Positions 24,945 through 47,716 of a DNA stretch of 64,000 nucleotides are shown piece after piece. Every line of letters starts with the position of its first letter. The first letter of the stretch is position 1. A program made the position numbers and the translations under genes. The notes beneath the pieces were generated by a model, which was not told where the DNA came from, did not search any database, and saw only the letters and a list, made by a program, of their open reading frames with translations. The stretch comes from Phoronis australis. Lineage: Eukaryota; Animalia; Phoronida. The stretch lies in NCBI GenBank assembly GCA_002633005.1, contig NMRA01000275.1:395827-459826 (forward strand), read 5' to 3'.

Positions 24945-27900
24945 GGGTCCCACCCTCAAAATACCCAACTGCTCAGCAGTTCTCCTACCTAGACTAGGTT
25001 GAGACCCTATTTAATTACTATTAGCGACCATGAATGTAGCCACAGTGTGCTCACTGCCTACACCAATCTTAGCCCTAAATTCGCCCCGTTTAAAGGCTTA
25101 GTGGATCCATATGGGTAAATGTTTGCCTCAGATTTACACAACTTTACCCCAACCTGACTTAACAAAAAAGTCTCAGTGTTTACAACATTAACACTTGTTC
25201 CTGAATCTTTCAAAAATGGAACTGACTGACCATTAATCAAAGCAGGCACTGCGTCACTGCTGTGACTGGCAGATACAACAAACTTTTAAGTTTGTTGTAT
25301 CTGCCGGTTCACCAACATTAGAATTTTTGTGACACATATTTACAGAGTGTTTAGTTTTACACTGAGCTGCAAAATGTCCTTCTGCACGTCTGCTCTTGGC
25401 AACTGTGCATGCTGCTGCTTTGTGTGGGTTGCCGAATCGGAAACACTTCATCTGCATTTTCTCTGGCTTTTTCCTGGCTTCCACTTGGTGCTTCTTGGGT
25501 TTCAGTTTGACGTAATTCACATGCTCGACGCTAGCTTTGGTCATGACTGCAACTTGTGCATTAGCTTTCTCATGAGCTCTGCATTATCTACTGAGTCCGA
25601 GACAATATTGAAATTGTCTTATATTGTTTCAAAAGTTCTTGTTTCAGTTAGCTGGTAACACAAGTTTCTACTACCTGGTCACGGATTGCATCCTCCAGGC
25701 CATCACCAAAATCACATGAGTCGGCTTACAAACATAGGTGTGAAACATGCGAATCAGCTGTCTCCCCTGCCTCTGTTCTGAATTGACGAAATACCTGCCT
25801 CTCAAATGGAATGTTTTTCTTAGGCATAAAATAATTATCGAGAGCTGAAACACAATCATCAAAACAACTGTCACCTGTATCAGGCAGCGTCTCAAACAAA
25901 TCCTGTACCGTTGGTCCCGCCGTGTGAAGCAATACTGCTTTCCACCAACCAATAGCCGTTAAGTAAATTAATAATTTCTTCCACTTCGTCCATCGTTGGT
26001 GTAAACTGGTAGTGTCCCCAGCCAAATCAAATGATCCGATCGATTGTAGGTTTAATAATTTTGACATCCTCGTCACCAAAATGTAGTGTCTTTGCAGGAT
26101 GTTAACGGATTAAACACAATTTATGTACTCGATAAACACGTTTATTAGCCATCCAGCCGGTGTCCGCTACAATAGCAACATTACAAGTGTACCGCTATAT
26201 AATAACATGCACATTACAGGTTGAGTCTGCTGATTAACGATCCAATTTCCAAGATGGCTACACACAGTACGAGCACGACGGAGCACACCGTAGCTCGAGA
26301 AAAACGGCCTGACTTTGTCTAAGTAATTGTCTGTTGACCGCAAAGAGTACACAGAGTTTGAGAATACCACTCATACGATTGGACACCACAATCCTTTAAG
26401 CTGCCACTTATGTTTCGCATCAAGTTTTATCGGCAAGATGCCAGAGCGTGTTCATAGATCAACTTATCTTTATTGGATAGGCAGAACAACAACTATGACA
26501 GATAGCGCCATCTATTGAGCAGCATGAAACACGGGAGGAAGTCCTATAGTGACACCTATCGTTCGCCGAACTAAGTATTCTCTAGTTAATGTACTTCAAG
26601 AATCTTGCTTGATGCCATTGTGAAGAAATGAAATAGAGAGCAGTTAACTTATTTTATTGAATAAGAATAGCTGTTGGTAGGCGACAACTGTCAATAAACG
26701 GTGCTGCTAACTCTTGCGCCAAGTTTCGTGTTGGCAAGCTGTAACAATAGAATATAGGCTAGGTCCCGTACTCGAGTTTGCATCTTCAGAGTTATATAAA
26801 GTTCCATTGTTATAGTTTTAGGGCTGACAAGTGCAGGGCAAAATATGTTGTTTTGTGATTTTATTGCCAATCGTAAAAACTGGCTGCCCATCATTTGCCA
26901 AAATCCAACACTCCAGGACCACAGGATTGTTGCCCATGGGGAATGCCTCCCCGTCTCCCTCCGCACCGAAACATTATGTTTGTGACTTTATGCCTGAATA
27001 ATGTCACACTCCTTTATTTTTAAATTTCAATCAGTATGACAGGTAGTTCACAAAAGATCCTTAGGACATGATTGTTTTTGAATTAGTGTGCCGTTACTGG
27101 GGGCTGCCATTCAGTGATTACCAAACTTGTCTCCATTCTGATGCAGAAAACAGGTACCCCAATTCCCTGCTGTTCAACATTACCGAAAGGGGACATAACT
27201 GTTCTGCAGAGGGTCATTGGAATAATTTACGTCTAAGTAGTACGTGAAGTTTGTGTCCATTGACCTTAGTACTAGTCTGGTTATTCCACCTCTAGGTTAT
27301 AACAATAAAAGTTGTGCTTCAGACCTTGTCAAAAAGAATTTGTTAAAAATATTTAGTTTACATGCGGTATGATGTTACTTATCTACCACTGGAAGATGTT
27401 GATGTTACTTTTTCGTGTCACCAGTATTTTGATTACTGAATGTATTTCAGTGCCAGTTCTTATTTTATTTGTGCTAATCTCTTCCATTGACATCAGTTTG
27501 TTCATGCATGTTCAGGTGGTCGTCTCAATGTGCAAGTTTCCTGTTGTTTAGTTATGCTAATTCAAATGTTTTTTTGCATTTGTCATGGTGTATGTCCACA
27601 TAAATTGCATTGTATTTTGAGCAGGACACCTACATTTCTTTGATACGATTCTCATGTATTTTACGTTTTATACAAATACACGTTTCATTTTCGGTCAGTG
27701 AGTTTTATTTCATAGAAATATTGCATTTTTCTACAAATTATGTACAAAATAAATATACTGACAAATTACACATTGATGTCCATGAGATCTAAACACCTAG
27801 TAGCTCGCAACTGTACATGAGAGAAATATCCACGTCATCGGCCACACTTGTTCAGGTACACCTACCTGCTCTTCATAAACATTTGGAGATCAGACTGTTT

Positions 27901-30900
27901 TAGGTCTGATCACAACTTTTATCAAAGCAAGACGAATATTTCCTATCAAAGAAGCATGAATTATCTGTGCCTAACTACACAAAAGCATTTCTCCGTATTG
28001 ACGTGCACTAACAATAATGCTATTTGCGTGAATCCAATATAGGCAGCAATGTTTCTAACACAAATAAGAAACTGCAAATTCACTAAGTGTCATAAGGGAC
28101 CTTCCCTTGAAATGCCTGCTTTCAGGTACACCATGTGGGTCCCTTATCACACAAACACCCCCATGGCAATGGACTACTTTCTGCTCTCATTCTATTGAAA
28201 TATCACAAAGAGGTCCCTTTATTTATTAACGCCACCTAGTGAATATCTTGTCGCCCATTGACTGAGTAATCAAATACTGTTTCCTAGCAGAAAAAAAGAG
28301 ATTGGGACACACCACAACACATCTTATATACATAATATAGTTCATGGCATTATCAGGAACTATTGGTACAAAATTCATTAGGTACATTGTATACAAATAT
28401 GAATGTGCGCACGAGACAAAATTGAGAGGTGACTTAGTTTCAAAGTCAAGATTCAATTTTGGCATTTATGGGACAGAAGCCCACCTCCATTTGGTTATGT
28501 ATAGCTGTCATCTATGTATGTCTAGCAGACCCCCCTCTGGTCAGATACACCTGTACACAGCAGGCCCATTACCCAAAGGAGTGAGTAAGGGCTAACGTAT
28601 TGCTCCCAACAGCTGTCAAACTGACCACCACCTAGAGAAGTTTTGAACATGAACAATTTTCTTAACAGTAAGTGGTTTAAATCAAATTTTAGTTTGAAGG
28701 CAGGTCTATTTGCTGCTGTAAGAGTTAAAGACCAAGGATTGCAGACTGACGAACACTTGGTGATGGTTAGTTAGATCTGAAAATCTGGAACTTAACCAAA
28801 TCCCATGAACTCTGACATGGTGGTATGTTTTTTTTCCACTTTGTTTATCATCAGACTCCTCCAGCAGCGTCATGGCACGCACACAAAGACTGGTGATTTG
28901 TTTTGTCACGAACAGAGACATTGTGCACAGGTGGCAATTCATGCTACAGCTCAAAATACCTGGGTGGGGAGCACCACCAGAAATTGGGTTACTCGTGATT
29001 CAATAAGGGATTTTGAAAACACCCGTCACTAATGTACCAGGTGTCCTCCTTCAAAACACAAAACGTTGCCCCACTGAAGTCAAATTAGCCAAACCAGGAC
29101 CCTTACAAAGTGAATCTTACCAGACCATAGGTCCCATTTTGGGGGTCATGATCTCATTTTCATATCCCGAAGTAGACGAAAATAAGTTTCACAGATGATA
29201 TTCTGCACACTGTTCAGAGGTGACGCTATTTCTGTAATAATCCAAATTTCGCAGCCCACAATAGTTCTTTTCATTAGTTTTATACTCCCTAAAGTGGAAC
29301 CCTAATAGTGTCAAAATCACACCCTAAATGCATAACGTACCTAGGCCTTAAGTGAATACCGAAATTTCTGGTGGCTGCCCCCCCCCCCCCAGAAAATACA
29401 GAATTGGCAGTCTATGATTACACTGAGCTCTTAGCTAGATTATATGTAGAGCACTACAGAGGGTTACTGGTAACAATAAACTATTATAAAATTTAAACAA
29501 ACCACAACGCAGTGTTTGAATTTACAATGGTGTGGAATTCTAACACAATAAATGTGTTATAAGTGAAACCAATGCCACAATTCTGGAAGACATTGTTCGA
29601 CCCAGACTCTAAAGGAGAATCCTAAAACTAGATCTTATCAAGAAAATTAGAAATAACGTTAACTTATTTACATTCGACAATGCAAGCAGACTAACATGGG
29701 TTAAAGTGTCAATTTCTCTCTTGAGCCTAAACATGAAAATTTCAAATAATTTTTTTAAAAGAATTGCATAACTAAGCTCAAAGCGATTATTTGCTTTCAC
29801 GGTACAGAAAAATTCTGGACATAGCTGGTGTGGCTAAGTGACCCAGTTAACTATTTGCACTAAAGATAGTGAGTAGTCTCTTAAACTTCGCATAAAATTT
29901 CGAGAACCAGTTCTGGCACAAAAGGCAAACTGTGTCCCAATAATTTATGAATGACTCGTATGCTAAAGTTAAACATGGGTCATTCACCAAAATACGGTAC
30001 TTCCATTATCTTTAGAATATTTTGACAATAAAATGGCATAAAAAAGAAAGTAATTACGAACGTAGACATGTCAGCTAAGCAGGCTTAAAGATGTATTTGC
30101 ACGCTCCATACTATGCTAATGTATAGCAGGAACTAAGTGACAATGCTATTTGAACATCATTTACACTTAACAAAGTGCAGTCACGTGGTATTCATTGACA
30201 ACTTGTGAATGTGAAAATTCTGCAAATGTGTGACCTTTGCACTAATGACCACACATGCAGAGTTATTCGCCAACACCACATCACGATACTTACCAGACAC
30301 GGTTGAGTGATTTTCCGTATAAAATCATTTTCGACACAAAAATCGTTCTTAAAAACATTTGGCAATTTTCAACCTACTTCATATTCACATCACCGCTATA
30401 TGTTGTGTTTCTAACTAATTTGACCAAGCAATCACAGAGATGAGGAATTAGCGTGCAAGTTCCACTTGAAATGAAACAATCTCTGGACTGTTGAAAGATC
30501 TAATTTTGCAAATGTGCATTAACTTTTAATAAAATGTACAATTTAGTAAACAACTTTCAATAGTTTCACGATTTCTGTGACCTGGTCACTATCAACACCA
30601 CACGATTTTCAAAGTGTACAAAAAATAAAACACGCACATTTGTCACAGATAAAAGAACACTGATTAATACAAAAGCAATTATACTATTAACTAACCTTAT
30701 ATTAGTCATTAGTAAACAGGTTACTAAAACAGTTACTACTTTTTGTACAAAAATACATCTTTTAGTTTCAAACAAAGACTTCTAAGACAGGCCCAAGACC
30801 ATGTTACCCAACACTTCTCAGGTTTGCAAAATAAAGACTCCCTTCATGTGTACAAAACACATTCCCCTTAGTTAAACTGTTCACAAGAACTTGTACATTA

Positions 30901-32099
30901 ACCTGACGTCATTTGAAGTTACATTTTAAATCTAAACACCGCCCACAATTTGTCAGGCATGCATCCAGACAGTGGTCCAGTTTTATCCCCTGTTGGCACC
31001 ATTTTCTCCATATTCACCAAATAAATGGTTTGACATTTGAATGAAGAGCAAAATCTTGCATCGTTGAAGACGAGCATGGAAGGTAGGAAAATACTATCAA
31101 CAAAAACCTCCGACAGGTAAAGTAACCAACTTTACATCTTTAACTGGCAACTTAACCACAAGTGACGTCATACAATTAGATGTCAACTGAGGGCAGTAAG
31201 CTAGCTGAGACCTTATGTAATGTATTTGTTCTATTACCTCTCTACATCTCTCACATATACTGAACATAACTGCATGAAATGGTCCATCCCATTTCAGACA
31301 GACCTTCACCAAGACTGGGTAATTAATTGATCGATGCTGACCACTTGAGCTGGCAATAGATGTGCAATGACAATTACTATCCACATCACTGTCTTTCTCT
31401 ACTGTTTCTTATCTCGCAATACACAGTAATGAACTTTAATCTGTAAATTTCGGCTAAAACGAATATTTGAGGACATGAATTCCTAGTCAGTCTCGTTGAG
31501 ATTGTAATCAAAAACTAATGGCCGTTTCAGCTATTCCACACCTATTGGGTCAAATAAAGCAGAAATATGCGTACTTATACCCTGGCCACATCATTAATCA
31601 CTCAGCCAAAGTGGGAACAGAACACAAAAGCACCACAAATTATTGACAACACAGCTTATACCACCTGGCCAGCATTATTGAAATGCATTCACTCTGTGAC
31701 ATACGGTTTAGAAGTTCATTACTTTTAGAAAGGTAAACTACCATTTAAGTTAACTCATTTTACGCCGAATCTGCCAAAACATGTTAAAATTGTAACATTT
31801 ACCTTTAAAGCTTTGAACCTCAGTTTAACACCAAAAAGACACTCTAAAACTGAAAACAGTAAACGCAAACTGAGACAACCAAACAGATGTCAAAACTGTC
31901 CAACACAATCTTCCACTGCTCCCATTCCTGCTCTGCGTCTTGGCCTACTCTTCAATTTTCAATGCACATGATCCGAGGAAAACCTGATACCAATCTTCAC
32001 TTGTCAACTATATGCAATTAACAAACTCCTGTATCCACCAATAAAATATTATCGATAGTACACAAACATAAATATTGCACAGTCATGAGAGGAATGGTT

Positions 32100-44275
<12,176 letters not shown>

Positions 44276-47200
44276 TTTGATAACTATTATGGGATATGTA
44301 AACTATGATTAAGTCAAATACGATTGATAAATTAATAACACCTTATAATAAAATGGTATTTAATCCGAATATTTCTCCATTCAACCTTTTGCTTACAGAT
44401 TTTCAATTTAAATTGGATCCATATATTCTGTATGAGAGGTTTTGGTTGCCGTTTTTAGGTGTCTACTGTAGAGGATAACAGACCTCATTCAAACCCTGAT
44501 CCGTCAGCCAGTGACTGAACATGAGGGCCAAAAACCGAGTCCTCGGCAAAGCGTAGGCCTACGTGTGATTTTCACTACCCCGATGATAAGCGCCGACGAG
44601 TGACTGGCCGGGCACACGACTCGTCGGACCAGTGACCGGGGTCGTTTTTAACGTTGTAAACTGTAAATTGGCTCTGCGAGATCCTTTTTGATGGAGTTGA
44701 AATTTAACGTGAACAACGTGCTGGATCGCTTGTTCCGACTGTACAGCGGGACGACCGGTCATCCTCGAACATGACTAAAACGTGAGAAAAAGCAAGTGAA
44801 ACGTTTTAGTAATTCACGTTTTATTTGATTTTTTCTAAAATGCCTTTTTAAATATTTTTTCCACTTAAATGCGTTGCTACTTGACATCCCATGGTGTTTA
44901 CATGTTGGTTGCAGTTTGCAGGAAGCCGCCAAAGTTCGAATTCTGCCATCCCTCCCAGGTCGTCGCCGTTGCATGCACCCCCCCTCCCGTTATAATTGCG
45001 CTGACGGGTCGAGCTGAATTGTGGGGATGGGGGGGGGGGGACCGGCTCTGGGCGGGAGCGACAGAACTGAAACTCACTCGTTTAGTTTAACAAAAATTCA
45101 CAACAAATTGTACTTTAAGACCTGAGCACGTCAATATTTGGAAAGTTCATTTATTTTTGTCTTGATTTTGAACATACACTTTAATCCCTGGTTCACGTGC
45201 TCAGTTGACTACGCTGAGGAAGCCGATAGAAATCCTGTGTTAATGCACGCCAAAGTAGACTACATGTAAGTTTCTCAGGGTGTCTGCATCTCCGGTGGGT
45301 GAACCCATGGCAGAACTGACGGAATTTCATCAACTTACGTCAAAGTGAACCGACTAACACCAGTTTTTGGAGGTTTTCAAAATCACTGAAGTGGAAAATA
45401 TGAAGCATAATCCCTTCCCCATGACAAGTTTCTAATAGCCAAACTTGAAGTCGTCCATGACAATCTCATTTTCGTGGGTACATAAACCTTAAATCACGAG
45501 AAGCCAATCATGAAACCCGGCCACTGGCTTGAGATACAATGTCAGGGTCGTCACATACCTCAGTAAAAAAGGTACACTTTAATTTTACTCAACTGGAGAT
45601 TTTTTTGAAGTCCGCAATTCGCGTAAGATAGTGCCTTGTTTTCAGTACCAACTGATATTTGTTCTTTTTTTGTAAAATTTAATCACGACATCTTGTACAA
45701 AGTGTACTGGTCTTTGGCTATTGCGGGGTTTAATGAATGTCAGGGTCAGCCCATTACCATACCTTTGAGTTTCCGCCGCAGTAAACCTAATCTGGTTGGA
45801 TTAATTACAGATGCACTTTGTGCAATGATCTTGCACACTCAATGAACTTGGGCATGTCTTTATACGTAAGCTTGGCATGCGCGCACCCAGCCTTAATATG
45901 GGGGGGGGCTCGAATTCCTAACGTTGTGGACCTTTTGGTAACAAAATAGCCGGCGGACTATAAAAAAACGCAACACTGTGAATTGCGCGTTTGTGCTTGT
46001 TACTGGACTTTTCAGTGTCTCATTTTCTCAGACATTTTGTTTCTCCCAGGCGGACCTCAAGTTTTTGCCCACTTCGCCCCCCCCCCTCCCCCCTGTGTGC
46101 GCGCACGCTTGGTTAGGCANCCCCCCCCCCCCCCCCTGTGTGCGCGCATGCTTGATTAGGCAATTACATCGCCCTGGATGCCACAAAAAGTTACTCATTT
46201 CAAAATACTGGAAATAAATTAAATGAAACATGCTTATGCACATGGAGTTGTAAACAACTCATACCATAACTTAGCCGTCTGGAGACGAGACAAGATAATT
46301 TGAACTAATCGGCGAAAATCTGTCGCGGTTTGCTCGAGTTTCTCTTATCGGGTGCCATTTTGAGGAAGTTACGTGAAATCACGCATGTTCACGAATAAAA
46401 AGTCCAAAAAACACAAATCTTACAAATTTCACCTGACCTCATGCTCATTGTGCTAGTGTCACGCCGGCGCGGCTATAGCGTCACGCGCTTCGCTCAGTCT
46501 CGCGCTATATAGCCCTTTGCCTAACTCACGTGGCAGTGGTTATCTCACGCGCCGTGAAAAAGTTCGTTAACGGCAACCAAAAAAGTGGAGTTGGAATTTT
46601 TCGCCAAAGTCACCTTAATTCTCACATCGTCATCGAAGATATGTATAGAAGTAGAAAGGACCAATGAAGAAAGTAAGCGTTTTTTTAAAGTCAATTTTAA
46701 GTGTGGCAATCATGTATATATTTTTGACGAGGTGAAAACTCAAAATCGGTGGCCGCTAATTGGCTCAGTTACCGCCCGTTTAAAATACATGGAACGAAAT
46801 GCGTACTGAAAGCTATGGGAAGTATTGTAGCCCCTAACCGGCCAACCGAGGGGCTACGTGTTGCCTTAAGCTCGGGCCGTGTAAGTCGGTGTCCGACGGA
46901 GCATGTGAACACATCCACTAGCACAAGAAACTGTAGGAACACCGCATTTATCCACCTTCACTCTTATCAGGCATCCGATCGCCTAGGGCTTATAGGCGGC
47001 CGGCAAGGTCTGGCACGCCGGTAAAAATGAAAGTGCCTTTTTAGTACTCTGCAAACCGGACTTGAATGTTTCTTCACTGAGAGCTTTACTAAACCTCAAC
47101 CCATTCTGACTAATTTTTGGGGCGGCCACGTGCACGGCAAACCATGGACGGCCCGGCCGGGGTATCATGAGCCCGCCGCGTACCCACTAAGAGATGATTT

Positions 47201-47716
47201 TCTAGCTCGTGTAATTCCTGGTTTTTTATCATTTCTTGTTTATTTTTAATTGAAATACTACAAATTATAGATAAATTTACGTTCTGAATTTTCCAACGAA
47301 CACGTCTGTTTTTATTACGCGGATTTTATCTTCCAGGGGCCGATGCAAATGCTTTGGATGCCGCGTCCAACTCGGTTAGAGCAGAATTAACGGGCGGCAT
47401 TCGCTGCATAAGCTCGACCGTAGTGTGAATGGTCTTTGTGTCCCTTTGTTTTCGTTATTTTTTTGTCCTTTTCGCCGAGTTTCAGGCAGTAATCTTTGTC
47501 CAGTGTTTAGTCAATCAATTATTAATCCTGTATGGCCTTCTCGACTCTTTTGTAATTCACTTATTGTCTAATAGGTGGCGCACGTCTCCAAAGTTTGACC
47601 AATCGCAAGTGAGTTCGCCTGAAGCATAGCAACATCAAGCGAAAAGTTCAGAAGTTGTGTGTAAATTTCACTAAATTCTCATGCTGCTGTTGCGTACACC
47701 TTTATAGTAGTGAATC
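44276..47716. promoter_or_regulatory. CpG-rich divergent promoter region of MIER1 and DNAI4
   Basis: CpG density is visibly higher than in the introns. YY1-type CGCCATTTTG overlaps the MIER1 ATG. CCAAT at 47599 and an RFX half-site CATAGCAAC at 47625-47633 lie about 90 bp upstream of the putative DNAI4 ATG. Confidence 0.6.

Larger units (their letters stand above)
17008..26218 (-). mobile_element. Oldest host Gypsy element H (5'LTR-gag-PR-RT-RH), split by element F and two solo LTRs
   Basis: Putative 5'LTR at about 26082-26218; PBS TGGTGACGAGGAT (tRNA-Ser-like) at about 26066-26078. gag 25726-26079 (QRWTKWKK..PKKNIPFERQVFR), protease 25058-25249 (DSGTS), RT KKLDELE|SLDVTERVSGPTPW rejoined across F, RNase H 17089-17559 (VVDASSVG..SYASR). 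Confidence 0.85.

Noticed and set aside
26691-31384. Short ORFs between the TE cluster and MIER1
   Set aside because: No domains or exon chain; the composition fits 3'UTR or intergenic DNA.
46070-46160. Tandem duplicated C-rich GTGCGCGCA unit
   Set aside because: It straddles a single N at 46120, so it is probably a contig-overlap artefact at the end of a small MITE-like repeat.
47000-47115. RNase P-like words (AAGGTCTG ... AACCCATTCTGACTA)
   Set aside because: P4 pairing is broken and the spacing (about 90 nt) is too short.
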